Origin: Felis catus
Lineage: Eukaryota
Direction of reading: 5' to 3'
DNA length: 64,000 bases
Assembly (NCBI RefSeq): GCF_018350175.1
Contig: NC_058368.1
Location: 26,166,001-26,230,000 of the forward strand
The notes below the pieces were generated by a model. The model saw nothing but the letters and a program-made list of their open reading frames with translations, was not told where the DNA came from and searched no databases. Below, piece by piece: positions 13,061 to 26,208 of the stretch. The translations under genes and the position numbers were made by a program. The first letter of the stretch is position 1, and every line of letters begins with the position of its first letter.

Positions 13061-13481
13061 TGTGGCTGGGAGGGAAAACTTGTCTCCTAACTTGAGTTCA
13101 GATTATCAGGAGAAAAGACAACACTTACTTGCGTTCACAGGAGGCTGTAGATGAAATGGCTCCCAGAGGAGCAAGAGATAGGGGTTTATATATGAAATAG
13201 CGAGAAAGGAAGAGAGAAAAGGGGCTTCTAGGGGAAACAGACAGAAGGTATGACAGTTTCAGATAAAGTTTGTAACGCAATTACTCATCTAGGTGATAAT
13301 ATTAGACTGATTTCTGGCTGTAAATCTCCTGGAGAGGGAACTCACGAGCTGTATTCTTTGGGAGGCTCTGCTTATGTCCCCGAAAGTTTAGATAAGGTTT
13401 ATTTCTGAAGCAGCGGTTTGTTCAGATGTTTTTAGCTTGAAATAATCTTTATGCCACTGAGGTACATATTGGATCCCTTCA
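13061..13481 (-). mobile_element. ERV1-like solo LTR (MER34/MER39-like)
   Basis: Minus strand starts tgaagggatccaatatg...ggcataaagattatttcaagctaaa, typical of this LTR class; ~420 bp. Confidence 0.6.
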
Positions 13482-13936
13482 TTGTAAGACACATTGTGCT
13501 ACCCACGTGTTGGTGGTGTTACAGGATAGGTCACTCTTTCAGAGTTCAGGGACATTACCAAGCAAGTGGCACCATCACCGTTAAGGTCAATGGCTCTCTC
13601 TGGACACTGAGGAGTAGGATGGACCACAGAAGTTATGGTGGCAAAGGTGGCCATGAGGAGAATGCTCTGCCTATCTCAAGAGAAGAAATTTCTAGTCTCC
13701 ACTCTTGTACCATAAACACAGATGAAGGGTTAACACCACAAGTGGGCCTCCGTTTTGCCTCATAGCATGGGAAAAAAATGAAGCTGAATAAAAATAATTT
13801 TATTTACCAAGCTTTTACTTCATATTACATAGATTTTCTATTTTAATTCCAATTTTTAAGAAACTCATATTCCCCATTCTCTTTGTGGTACAATATGTGT
13901 AGCTGGGAGTAAAGACACATTAGAAAACATTCCTGT

Positions 13937-14160
13937 GGGGCACCTGGGTGGCTCAGTCAGTTAAGCGTCCGACTTCAGCTCAGGTCATAATCTCACGGTT
14001 TGTGGGTTCAATCCCCGCTTTAGGCTCTGTGCTGACAGCTCAAAGCCTGGAGCCTGTTTGGTTTCTGTGTCTCCCTCTCTGTCTCTGCCCCTCCCCACTC
14101 GTGCTCTCTCTGGCTCTCTCTCTCTCAAAAATGAATCAACATTTAAAAAAATGAAAAAAA
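13937..14160 (+). mobile_element. CAN-SINE
   Basis: TSD agaaaacattcMtgt at 13922-13936 and 14161-14175. Confidence 0.95.
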
Positions 14161-15470
14161 AGAAAACATTCATGTAATACACAGTTATATCAAATATAGT
14201 TATTGTACCAACACAGACTGACTTCCAATGAGAAATTTGCTTTAATTTTGTTATTTATAACTTTTAAAGGATTTATTAGTTGCACACAGTACAAAGGGCA
14301 TTGCACCAAACCCGTGAATGTTATTCTTCACTTATGCAAATAATTTTTAAATGGATAAATCTGAGATTTTAACAGGGAAAATATGACAGATCTTTTCTTC
14401 AGTAAGGTAGATTCCCCCTCCCCCACTAACTGGTAATTAAATAAAAACTAAGGAAAGTAAGGTACAATGGTGATAGGGAAATGAATTTTGTTTATTTTAA
14501 TATAAACACATACCCAACATTTTCTGGAGTGACTTAGTCACTGATGCCAAAGATGATCAATCAGACTAAGAACACGAAGTACAAATTAACAAGTAGGCAT
14601 TTCTGGAATTATTTGAGGAGAGGTGACATTTTTCTTACTCCAAGAGGCACCCTACAGGTCCCCATTCCTTCTTCCCCAGAGGCACCTGCTTATAGCCAGT
14701 ACATAACAGAACTGTTCAATGGTTTTATTCACTTAAAAAAAAAAAAATCTTGCTCTCAGCATGTTGCCAGAATATTTATCTGCATTATTAATTCTTTTGG
14801 TTTGTAAATCCCAAAGCAGTAGCTTTCAGCTCTGGTATCATGAGCCACTGATGCGTCATCATCTGTGCAAGAGAAAGGGAAGGATGGCAACTCATGGAGG
14901 GGGATATGGGTGGGACTGAGTAAAACTCACAGCCTGCCCTGCAGGTGTGCCTAGACCCCTAACACATCTTGAGTGCCATGGGAGCGGGTCCCTCATGCAA
15001 ATGTCTTTTGTTAAATGTGCACCTTTAGAACAAAGGTTGAGGCCCAGAGCCCAGACGGCTTGAGGTCGTGCTGACCCAGATGTTTCTGTCCAGCTTGGAA
15101 TAGTGACACCACATGTGGGAATCTCTTAAAGGCCCCTGATGATGATAGCAACAATGAAGATGACAATAAAGGAAGTGATGATGATGATGATAATGTGCCT
15201 TTGTTCTCCAGTAATTCCCAATTTCCTCTATTTCCTCTTTTCTTAGCCTAGACCCAGAAGAGCTAGAAAGTGGACCAAAAGCCTCCTTCCTCCCAGGAAG
15301 CACAATGAAAGCTAAGAGGTAAGATGTACAAACTCTTCTCCTCTGCCTCTTACACCTATAGGCCTGGATAAAGGTAAGAGCTGCTACCCCATGTCTGAAG
15401 TCCCTCTAGAGCCCCATCAGTATAAAGTCAAGGTTCAGCATGGCTAGCAAAGAATAATGGGTGTTGCTTT

Positions 15471-16000
15471 TGTGGCCAGACACTGTGCATTGTCTACCCA
15501 ATAGCCAGTCTCACCCCCAACCCCTTCTGGTGTTTACATCCTTCTCAGCTCTGGGGCATGAAACATATCAATCAAAGGCAATCACAATAGTCTTCTCTTT
15601 GCCAATAACCGACTTAGGCGTGGGCACCTTGACCCAGTCCGTACCTGAGGGTAAGTCTGCTTTGGAAATCCTGGGAAGGCTTTTCCTCTTAGTTAAAAAG
15701 TTGCACGGGAGGACATACTTGTTCCCTTTGCTGGACATCTTGACACCCACATCTGATGCCTGGAGCTGCTATAATCCCTTGGGGCCAGGAGAGGAGACAC
15801 TGGCCACACACTGAGAACGGTAAACTGCTGAACAGAAAGAAGGAAAGCACCTGGGTCCTTGAGGCCATCACCGTGCCACTGTGCTAAGCTTACCTGGAGC
15901 TGCCCCTCTGTAGAGTTCTAGTTATGGAGGTCATAAGCCTGTTATTGCTTAAACCACTTTAAGGAAAGTAGGTCTTCTGCTGCTTATGGGCAAGCCACCA
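15471..16000 (+). mobile_element. Old ERVL/MaLR-type solo LTR
   Basis: tgtggccag start, ttgcttaaaccacttt near end. Confidence 0.5.
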
Positions 16001-16819
16001 GACACACCCTTTAGAAGATCATCCAGACTTGAGAGCCGCCGATCAGTGATAGAGGCCATGAAATGGGTAAAGAGACCACAAGACCATGCACATGAGTTGT
16101 CCCGGCCACCTCAGATAGTTGCTGGTTTAAAAAAAAATCATTGAAAACTATTTTTCGGACTTCTACATCCATTCATTCACTCATGCAATGGATATTCACT
16201 TAGCTCTTACTGTGGTTTTGCTGTGAAGGACACGAAGAAATAGAGTATTTAGCAGTGACTTAGTACTTTAGCATTCACCAAGAACTTCATTCACGTGCAC
16301 TATTTGATGTCCACAAGAACTCAGTGAAATCAGTATTTATTAATTCCTTTTTCACAAATGAAAACATCTGAGGCTCAAAAAAGATTGTCTAAATTTCCAT
16401 AATCTGACTCTAAGTCCATGTTTTTTTTCCACCAAAATCTGAAATGTATCTTGCCCCCAGGAAGCTTAAGGTCTAAATTTAGGGAGAGGAGGTGTTCCTA
16501 TATTTAAAATGAAAAAAAAAAAAGACATAAACAATATTTATATGTCAATGCAAACAGCTATTCAATAAATTTGACAGTAATAAATAGTTAAGTACCAAAT
16601 GTACAGGGTGAGAGCAAGAATCATTCAGGAGGAGTTTACCAATGTTGATGGAGAATCGGTGTGTATGTTTGTTGCGAGTTGGAATCTGAAATAATCATAT
16701 AAAAACTACTATAATCTCACATAAATAAAAAATGTGTAAACTAGATTCATGTCTCTTATCAGATCTTAGTTACTTAATTTTGTCGTCTGTAAGTAATTAA
16801 TTCTAAGCTTAAAAGATTT

Positions 16820-17204
16820 GCCACGTGTGCCATTCTCCCCAAATCTCCATGTGTTCGCCGACCTGGAAGCTCTCTGGAATTTCGTTCTTTAGGTTTTTAC
16901 GGAGGCCTCATTCCATAGGTACAATTGATCAAATCATTGGCCGTTGATTGATTGAATCTCTAGCAATGGCTGGAGATGGGACTGACCTTCTAATCACATG
17001 ATTGGCTCAACAGGTTACCTAAAGGCTTCCCCAAAGTCATTCATTAACATAACAAAAGAGACCTTGAACCCTCATATCACAGGAAATTCCAGGGGTTTTA
17101 GGAGCCGTGAGCCAGGAACCATGAACAAAGACCAAATATATACGAGAACTAATTTTCGGTTATCTCAATGACCAACTACATTTCTTGTAAATCACAATAT
17201 CTCA
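16820..17204. mobile_element. MER21-like LTR fragment
   Basis: ggaagctctc...ggaggcctcatt...attaacataacaaaaga...ggttttaggagc motifs. Confidence 0.55.
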
Positions 17205-17309
17205 GGTACACGATGTTGTGTGCCGATAAACTATCTGATCCTTCTTCATGAGACAACCTCTTATCTGATAAAATTCTACATTTGAGGTGGTCATTATAAT
17301 GTACTGCTG

Positions 17310-17627
17310 AGAAACAGAGCCGCAGGTATCGAGAACAAACTGGTGTCTGCCAGAAGGGAGGGGGCAGGGGACGAGTGAAACAGGTGAAGGGGACTGAGAG
17401 GCACAAAATTTTAGTTATAAAATAGACAAGTCATGGGGATGAAAAGTGCATCATGGGGATACCATCAATAATTTTGTAGTAATATTGTATGGTGACAGAC
17501 AGAACTACACTTATAATGAGCACCGTGTAATGTACAGAACTGTCGAATCACTGTTGTGCCCCTGAAACTAATACAATACCGTATGTCAACTAACTATACT
17601 TTAATAATAAAAACTACCAAAAAAAAA
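17310..17627 (+). mobile_element. L1 3' UTR fragment (older carnivore/L1MA type)
   Basis: gagaacaaactggt...cctgaaactaatacaat...A-rich tail; similar to 47720-48003. Confidence 0.8.
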
Positions 17628-17639
17628 GGGGCACACTGT

Positions 17640-18075
17640 GATTTTCAAGATGTTCATAAGAGTCTTAGAGCTTCTGCTTACGCTGGTGGGCATACCCTCT
17701 CTTTGGAACTCTCTCTCTGGAGGAAACCGGCTACCATGTAAGAACTGCAGTTGCATGAACCACTTATGCAGAGAGAATGAGGCTGGCTAGCTGTCAACTA
17801 TTCTAGCCATCCCAGCTTAGGCACTGGACCTGAGTCAAGGAGCCACCTTGGACTCTGTTCCCATCAGACAGCTCAATGAGAAGAAAGGAAGTTCCAGACG
17901 TATGGCCCCAGTAGAGATATCCTAGCCATCTCCAACCATTCATGCTATTCCACTTGAGACCCCAGATTTCATGGAACAGAAACAAGCCATTTCCACTCTG
18001 CCCTACTCAAATTCCTGATTCACTGAGTCATGAGCATAATAAAATGCCTGTTGTTTTAAGCCTCTAACTTTCAGG
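17640..18075 (+). mobile_element. MLT1-type MaLR LTR fragment
   Basis: aaattcctga...ataataaaatg...ttgttttaagcc 3' motif. Confidence 0.65.
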
Positions 18076-18139
18076 ATGCAAGAAAAGATCAGTGGAACAT
18101 CCTTGGGATTTTTCACATCCACAAGACTAAACCATTTTA

Positions 18140-18248
18140 TTATGTTTTTTTTTTTTTTTAAGTAGGTTCCACGCCCAACTTGGGGCTTGAACTCAACGAC
18201 CCTGAGATCAAGAGTCACATGCTCTACTGACTGCCAGCCAGGTACCCC
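18140..18248 (-). mobile_element. Short CAN-SINE lacking CT tract
   Basis: TSD aagactaaRccatttta at 18123-18139 and 18249-18265. Confidence 0.88.
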
Positions 18249-18820
18249 AAGACTAAGCCATTTTAAATATTGGCCTCTCAGAATTTCATTTTAACTCTAT
18301 GAACACTATCATCATATTGAGCTATTTCTCCATATCTCTATTATCCTTTTGCCAGACATCTTGTTTTCCTCGCTGGATCCAGGACTATCTGGTACAACTG
18401 TGGAGGTCATGCACTGCACAAAGGTGTCAGACCAAGGGGTCAAGTAGTGGTTGAAGCAGGTCTTTTTTTTTTTTTTTTTAATTAACATAAACAAGTAGTA
18501 TAGCTTAGTGGCTGCTCTGAATGGGACACACAGTCTCCCGAAGTCCATCAGTTCTCTTTGTTTATATTTGATCGCCTATAAAGTGTAAACCAATCCTACC
18601 TTTACCCCCTTTTTGATTTTGTTTTTGTATCCTTGATGGCTTCAAGTACTACTCATTGTGCCTAGAGCAAGTCCTGTATTAACTTTTCTGCTTCTTTCCC
18701 TATTAAGACACTCTTTTTTTCTTTTGTCTCTCAATTGAAGTAGCTTATTTTCCCAATTATATAAAATATTTGCCTATTAAAAAAATTTAAAGAATACATA
18801 AAAGTATGAAGAAGAAAGTA

Positions 18821-18984
18821 GGGGCACCTGGGTGGCTCAGTCGGTTAAGTGTCTGACTCTTGATTTTGGCTCAGGTCATGATCTCATGGTTTGCGGGATC
18901 GAGCCCTGCAGCGGACTCTGCACTGACCTTGCAGAGCCTGCTTGGGATTCTCTCTCTCCTTCTTTCTCTGCCCCTCCCTGACTT

Positions 18985-19026
<42 letters not shown>

Positions 19027-19075
19027 TTGTTCTTCCTCTCCCTTTCTCTCAAACTTAAAAAAACCAAATAAAATA
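18821..19075 (+). mobile_element. CAN-SINE containing (CA)n at ~18986-19024
   Basis: GGGGCACCTGGGTGG head, CA expansion in linker. Confidence 0.92.
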
Positions 19076-19415
19076 TATTTGGGATATATATTCAAGAACT
19101 TCTAAGTTAACACTGGAAATGAATGGGCTCAGAGATTCATGTGGTAATGTCTTCTCTTCGTCCATATGAAGGTCATAATTTACAGAAAAGGGGTTTACAG
19201 AAGAGGAATCAGAGAGTTTCTGATTTAGGAGTTACCAGGCATGGTTTAAGTTTGGGGTACCACGATGAAATCCGAGGATTGACAAAAATCCTACAGCTTT
19301 TCATCCCACTGGCAGTCAGGCTGTCTTTTTTAGGCAAGAGACCATAAGAGCCTTTTTAAAGAAATCTGATTAGCCCAAAAGGAAAAGCCTAACTACACAG
19401 ACAACAGAGGCTTCC

Positions 19416-19890
19416 TGTGCCAGTCAGCGATCTCCATAGAAACAGAATCAATAGGATATATGTATATTTATATTAAAAGATTTATTTTAAGGAATTGGCT
19501 CATGGAGCTGTAGGGGGCCAGAAAACCCTAAATCCACAGGCCAGACCAGTAGGCTGGCCACTCAGGCAAGAGTTGATGTTGTAGTCTTGACCCTGAGATC
19601 TATAGGACAGGCCAACAGGTTGGAAACTGAGGCTGTATTTCTTTGTTACAGTCTTGAGGCAGAATTACTTTTCTCTGGGAAGCCTCTGGGAAGTTTTTTG
19701 CCCTTAAGGCCTTCTACTGATTAAATGAGGACTACCCACAGTATTGAGGATAATCTCGTGTAAAGTCACCTGATTGTAGATGATGATCACATCTATAAAA
19801 TGACTTCACAACAATGTCTAGAGTAGTATTGACTGAACAACTGGACCAAGCCAAACCTAGCCAAGGTGACACATAAAACTTAACCCTGCC
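19416..19890 (-). mobile_element. MLT2-type ERVL solo LTR
   Basis: tctccatagaaacagaatcaatagg...aggaattggctca...ctagccaaggtgacacataaaacttaacc. Confidence 0.8.
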
Positions 19891-20006
19891 CTTGCACTTC
19901 CCAATGAAACAGCTCTAACAGATTGCCCCAACACCAAAGTCTATCATCAGCAAGGCCTATTCATGGCACAGACCTCCTAGTAGGCTTTTTAAATGCTCCA
20001 TGCTAA

Positions 20007-20133
20007 GAAGTGACTGGCTGACTCAGTTGGTAGAGCGTGTGACTCTTGATTTGGGGCTCATGAGTTTGAGCCCCACGCTGGGTGGGGAGATTCCTTAAGA
20101 AAAATAATAATAAAATAAAAATAAAGAGATTTT
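20007..20133 (+). mobile_element. Short CAN-SINE
   Basis: tRNA-like head, A tail, degenerate TSD taaatgctYcatKctaa. Confidence 0.8.
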
Positions 20134-20149
20134 CTAAATGCTTCATTCT

Positions 20150-21245
20150 AACGAAAAAATGGTTAATCAAGAATCAGTAGATATCTGAAGAAAGTCTTGT
20201 AGAGGAAACAAAAACGGATCAGGGTGAAGAAAACAACAAAAAAACTATCATTAAGATCCTCAGGGAGATAAGAGAAGATAATTCGACCATGAAACAAGAA
20301 AAACTATAGGGGAAAAAATGGCTTCAGAGAAGAAAAAGGAGCTCCTTGAAATTATAAAAATTATAACATAAATTGAAAACTCAGTAAGAGGGTTATAAGA
20401 CAAAGTTGACGAAATCTCTAAGAAAGTAAAACAAAATGACATGACAAGGAGATGGAAAATAGGTGGGGGGGGGGGGGGGGGGGAAGAGGTCCTTTTAGGA
20501 GGATCGAATCTAAATAAGGTTTCCAGAAAGAAAACAGAGAAAATTGAGGATGGGGAAATTATCAAAGAAATAACTCAAAACATTTCTGAGCATTAAAGAT
20601 TATGAGTTTCCAGATTGAAAAGGTTTACCGAGTTTCCAGCCCAGTAGATAAATATCTATCCACACCAAGCCATTTCATCATGAAATTTAAGAAAACAGAG
20701 ATAAGAGAGTACAGCTTTGGATGAGTGGGAGGGATAGATTACATACAAATGATCAAGAATCAGACTGACTTCAGGCTTCTCAACAGCATCAGAAGAGGGC
20801 AATAAAACAATACCTTCAAAACTCTGAGGAAAAATGATATTTTTACTCAGAATTCTATTTCCAACCAAACCTAGCAAATTTAAGGGTAGAAAAGTGATGT
20901 TTTTGTAAATAAAAGTTCTCTACAACTCACTTCCCAGCCACATTTTCTCAGCAAGTAGTGAAAGATGTATTCCTCCAAGAAAAGGAGTAAACAAAGAGAG
21001 GATGTGAGATTCAGGAATCCAGGACTCTAACCAAAAAGACAGGCCAGGAGAATACCTAGCAGGATGGTGGAGGGAGGTCCCGGGACACAGCTGCCCTACA
21101 TGGAGAGAGTAGTTCATCCAAACTGAATGAGGTCAGAGGATCGTGGGACAGACGTCTCCAAGAACGTGAAATTGATACTGCACCTGGCAAATGTGAACAT
21201 TTTAAGAAGAGAGTTACACCTCATGAGGACTGTTTGGAGACAAAA
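20150..21245 (+). mobile_element. Ancient L1/HAL1 ORF1-like relic
   Basis: A-rich, with L1 ORF1-like motifs (aattatcaaagaaata...tttccagattgaaaagg; agaattctatttccaaccaaac). Confidence 0.55.
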
Positions 21246-21254
21246 AATTAAAGT

Positions 21255-21545
21255 TATATAATATCTATAATGGTATATATATATTATATTATTATATATA
21301 ATATATATTATATATTATACGTAATACACAATAATGATATAATTATAATATAATAATTCTATATTATTATATAATAATGTATAATATATAATGATATATA
21401 CTAGTGAATAATGTAAATAGTGAATATATAATATAATATATATAATATATATAATATATATATAATGTATATAATATATCATATGGAGGAAGAGAATATA
21501 TTATATTATATATATTATATATAATATATATAATATATTATATGG
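21255..21545. repeat. AT-rich (TA/TAA) low-complexity tract
   Basis: ~290 bp almost only A/T. Confidence 0.92.
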
Positions 21546-21870
21546 GGGGAAGGGAAGAGATGAACAAGCACAGAGAATTTTTAAGTCAGTGAAAATACTC
21601 TGTATGATATTATATATATCGCTATACATTTGCCCAAACCCATAGAATATAGAACATCAAGAGTGAACCCCAAGGTAAACTGTGGACTTTGGGTGATTAT
21701 GATGTGTCACTGGAGGCTCATCCTTGGTAAGAAATAGACCATTCTAGTGAGTGATGTTGATAGTGGGGGAGATTATGCACGTGTGGCAGCAGGGGGTATA
21801 TACCAAATCTCTGTACCTTCCTCTCAATTATACCGTATACGTAAAAGTGCTCTAAAAAATAAAGTCTTTA
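21546..21870 (+). mobile_element. L1MC-type 3' UTR fragment
   Basis: cccaaacccatagaat...caagagtgaaccc...ggactttgggtgattatgatgtgtca. Confidence 0.75.
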
Positions 21871-21885
21871 AAAACATTTTTTTTT

Positions 21886-21945
21886 CTCGGCCCCTCCCCT
21901 GCTCTCTCTCTCTTTCAAAAATAAATAAACATTAAAAATTTTTTC
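21886..21945 (+). mobile_element. CAN-SINE 3' tail fragment only
   Basis: gcccctcccctgctctctctctctttcaaaaataaataaacatt. Confidence 0.75.
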
Positions 21946-22420
21946 AGGTAAAATAATTTATATACAAATATATATATATAATAAATAAATAATAAATACA
22001 TATATAGTAATAAATATATATATTAACCCCAGGAAAACAAAAGGTTACTGAAGAAAGGAAAAGGTATAATGTTAGTAAGTACCACTTGGTTCAATTGTTA
22101 AGTAGTATTTACCTAGTCAAAATAATGTAAATAGTGAATACAGTTTAACAAAATCACTTGTTTATGTGGCGGTTGTATGTTATGTTTGTGGTAAAGGCAG
22201 GGAAGTGAAGAAAAAGAGCTAAATCCTTATTGTGCATAATAAAAGTAGATCATATATAACATTAAAAAATCAAGAAACAGTAGTTATTTCAGTAGCGGTC
22301 CAGCAATGTTATTTAAAGATTTAGAGGTGGATTTAAAAAGAGAAACAATCAAGGAGTTGAAAGGGCTTGTCTCCTGGAGGAAAAAAAAATAATGGCAGGG
22401 ACATGGAGAGAAGATAGCTA

Positions 22421-22647
22421 TTTTTTTTTTAATTTTTTTTTCAACGTTTTTATTTATTTTTGGGACAGAGAGAGACAGAGCATGAACGGGGGAGGGGCAG
22501 AGAGAGAGGGAGACACAGAATCGGAAACAGGCTCCAGGCTCCAAGCCATCAGCCCAGAGCCTGACGCGGGGCTCGAACTCACGGACCGCGAGATCAGTGA
22601 CCTGGCTGAAGTCGGACGCTTAGCCGACTGCGCCACCCAGGCGCCCC
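22421..22647 (-). mobile_element. CAN-SINE, young felid type
   Basis: TSD gatagctattttt. Confidence 0.96.
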
Positions 22648-22789
22648 GATAGCTATTTTTCATAATAAGTTTGTAGAACTGTTTGGTCCTTTCTTGCATA
22701 TTATAATTTTGGCTTTTTTTTTTTTTTTTGAACTTGCAAACATGTAGAATAAAACCAAACTCTAGGCTGTCCAAGAGCTCACCGTATGG

Positions 22790-23000
22790 ATTCAGAGTGA
22801 CCTGGATTCTAATACCAGCTTCGCCACTTCCCAGCTATGTAACCTTGGGCAAGTTCTCAAAGTTCTCCCAACTCCCTGGAAAGGGGATAATAATAGTTCT
22901 CATGGTAACGGTGCATACCGACTGATTCACAGCCCTGGTTGTGAAGAATGCATAAAATAACCCATGTCAGGTCTAAGCATTATGCCTGATGCATACTGTG
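22790..23000 (+). mobile_element. MIR
   Basis: cctggattctaataccagcttcgccacttcccagctatgtaaccttgggcaagtt. Confidence 0.7.
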
Positions 23001-24996
23001 TTGTATAAACTTTCGCTGACATTTTTTGCTATCGTCAGGCTGACATTCACGGCTCTTTGTAATCTCTCTAATCTGCATTTCCGACCTCACGTCTTATTCC
23101 TCTTCTAGACAAACTCTAAGCTGGGCCAGGCAGTTCTCATCCTTTCTGAAAGACCACGCTCTTTCCTGCCTCTCTGAAATTATTTTCTTATTCACCAACC
23201 TATTTGGGTTGCGATAACAATGGAAATGAAATGTGTTACACCCTGTAAATAACTGGACGGTATTTGCATTCATAGGATTGAAATCCAAGATGTAAATATT
23301 TCCTCTAGGGGCTAAAAGCCGAAAGGAGGAGTTTCATTTTTGTTCAAGACGTGTTAATCTTGTCATTGCTCAAGGTTGCCATGGTTCCTGTTTGGCACTT
23401 CCAGGACTTAAGCTTATGCCACTACATCTGAACAAGTAGAAAGAACCGCATTTGATTGAGACAGGGAGACCGGCAGGGTAACAATCTTGGGAGATATGTC
23501 AGTGCTGGAAGTAGAAACATAAGCCAGATTTTTTGTGTCTCAGTTACACAATGATTCTGTCTGCTCCTAACACTGCACATTTCCAGCTTTGTTTTTTCCT
23601 GGGGAATAGGGAGTAATTTATTTTGTAAACCAGGGAGACACTCTTTTCTCTTTTCTGTGGCACAATTTAAGTGGGAAAAATCCAGTAACCATTTGCTGGT
23701 AGTTTTTTTAAAAATAAGTCTTTGATTTCGTAAGGTATTTGTTAGAGCCGGTTATTTTATTGGAGAGACTTCATTACAATATAAAGATAAACGAGTCCTA
23801 GCTTAAAAAAAAATAGGGATTAAACCAGAGAAAATGAAGCTGATTAACTTGGACAATTCATACTCTTCTGTCAACCTCACAGTTATTTTCAAATTCACAG
23901 TCATAGTTAGAAGGGTTCCTTGGATGGAAATCAAAATGGTGTTTTTATGAGACTCGCTAACCTATCTCTGGTGACATTTATGCCCTATGGTACTTTCTTG
24001 GTTCTTTTGGTCTCTGGCATATATGGGAAATAAATAGTAATATGGGAATAAATAGTGTTAATCGCTCTTGATTGCTTAAGATGCTCACAAGATTTCAAAA
24101 CTTTATAAATCATTTTATAAGATTTCTTCTGCAGATTTAAAGAGGAGGGTTAATATTATCTTCCTTCTAGCCATCGTTCGAAGGTGAATTCAGATAGACC
24201 ATCCAGAATCTTATACAAATTCAACAGCATTTTGTCATTTGTTACACTTGCCATCAGTATTTTGTTGACATTTGCTGACACTTTATGAATGTCCCTAAGG
24301 CATATGATAACTAAATCAGTGGCTATAAGATGTACATCTGTGTAGACTAGGAATATTATCTTTCCTCATAGGGTAAATAATTCATGAAGGGCTGTTTCAT
24401 ATGAGCTGTATTAGTTTTTTAGATGTATCAACAGTAAAGTGAGAAACGAGAACATTTTAATGCAAAACAGAAAATTTAAAATGCTCAGGTTGAGTCTTGA
24501 AAACCCTTATTCCCTTGGCTTTAAAGTGAGATAAAATGGAAGACATTTAGTAGAGCAAAGAGCTTCTAAAACTTTTGCTTTAGTTTCCACCTCAACTTTA
24601 GGATACTTCAGGAACAATTAGAGCACAGGTCAATCTTTGTTTTAGATCATTTCTTCCAAATTGATTATTAACCCATGACTGCCCTTTAATTCTAATTATT
24701 TTCTTGCTTATCAACATCTTTATTAATTTGAATACACGTGCCTGTTTAAATCTTACGGTAACAAAGTCCTGGTTAGCAAACAAGGATATGTGAAAAGTTG
24801 CCAACTATAGGTTGGAACTGTTCTTAAAATAAGGTGAAATCCAGAAAAGGACCCAAAAACCAAATGTCCAGGACCCGTTAGTGTGAACTGGCTATCAGTG
24901 ACTAAACATAAAAGTAACACTGAATTTTAACCTCTGTGGTTCAAAAATTTCATCTTCCTTGAGTTCAATACAATGACTTAAAATATAATGGTTGCC

Positions 24997-26208
24997 CAAC
25001 GGAATGGGAAAAGATATTTGCAAATGACATATCAGACAAAGGGCTAGTATCCAAAATCTATAAAGAGCTCACCAAACTCCACACCCAAAAAACAAATAAC
25101 TCAGTGAAGAAATGGGCAGAAAACATGAATAGACACTTCTCTAAAGAAGACATCCGGATGGCCAACAGGCACATGAAAAGATGTTCAACGTCGCTCCTTA
25201 TCAGGGAAATACAAATCAAAACCACACTCAGATATCACCTCACGCCAGTCAGACTGGCCAAAATGAACAAATCAGGAGACTATAGATGCTGGAGAGGATG
25301 TGGAGAAACGGGAACCCTCTTGCACTGTTGGTGGGAATGCAAAGTGGTGCAGCCGCTCTGGAAAGCAGTGTGGCGGTTCCTCAGAAAATTAAAAATAGAC
25401 CTACCCTATGACCCAGCAATAGCACTGCTAGGAATTTACCCAAGGGATACAGGAGTACTGATGCATAGGAGCACTTGTACCCCAATGTTTATAGCAGCAC
25501 GCTCAACAATAGCCACATTATGGAAAGAGCCTAAATGTCCATCAACTGATGAATGGATAAAGAAATTGTGGTTTATATACACAATGGAATACTACATGGC
25601 AATGAGAAAGAATGAAATATGGCCTTTTGTAGCAACGTGGATGGAACTGGAGAGTGTGATGCTAAGTGAAATAAGCCATACAGAGAAAGACAGATACCAT
25701 ATGGTTTCACTCTTATGTGGATCCTGAGAAACTTAACAGGAACCCATGGGGGAGGGGAAGGAAAAAAAAAAAAAAAAAAAGAGGTTAGAGTGGGAGAGAG
25801 CCAAAGCATAAGAGACTGTTAAAAACTGAGAACAGGGGCGCCTGGGTGGCTCAGTCAGTTGGGCAGCCGACTTCGGCTCAGGTCACGATCTCGCGGTCCG
25901 TGAGTTCGAGCCCCGCGTCGGGCTCTGGGCTGATGGCTCAGAGCCTGGAGCCTGCTTCCAATTCTGTGTCTCCCTCTCTCTCTGCCCCTCGCCCGTTCAT
26001 GCTCTGTCTCTCTCTGTCTCAAAAATGAATAAAACATTAAAAAAAAAATAATAAAAAAAAAAAAAACTGAGAACAAACTGAGGGTTGATGGGGGGTGGGA
26101 GGGAGGGGAGGGTGGGTGATGGGTATTGAGGAGGGCACCTTTTGGGATGAGCACTGGGTGTTGTATGGAAACCAATTTGACAATAAATTTCATATATTGA
26201 AAAAATAT
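24997..26208 (+). mobile_element. Young 5'-truncated felid L1 (ORF2 C-terminus + 3' UTR)
   Basis: Frame open 24996-25727 including CWRGC...HCWWEC and a native-type end SLLCGS*; TSD atataatggttgcc at 24983-24996 and 26209-26222. Confidence 0.97.
25835..26061 (+). mobile_element. CAN-SINE nested in L1 3' UTR
   Basis: TSD aaaaactgagaaca at 25821-25834 and 26062-26075. Confidence 0.96.

Noticed and set aside
15025..15303. His-rich minus ORF
   Set aside because: Produced by a degenerate (GAT)n simple repeat
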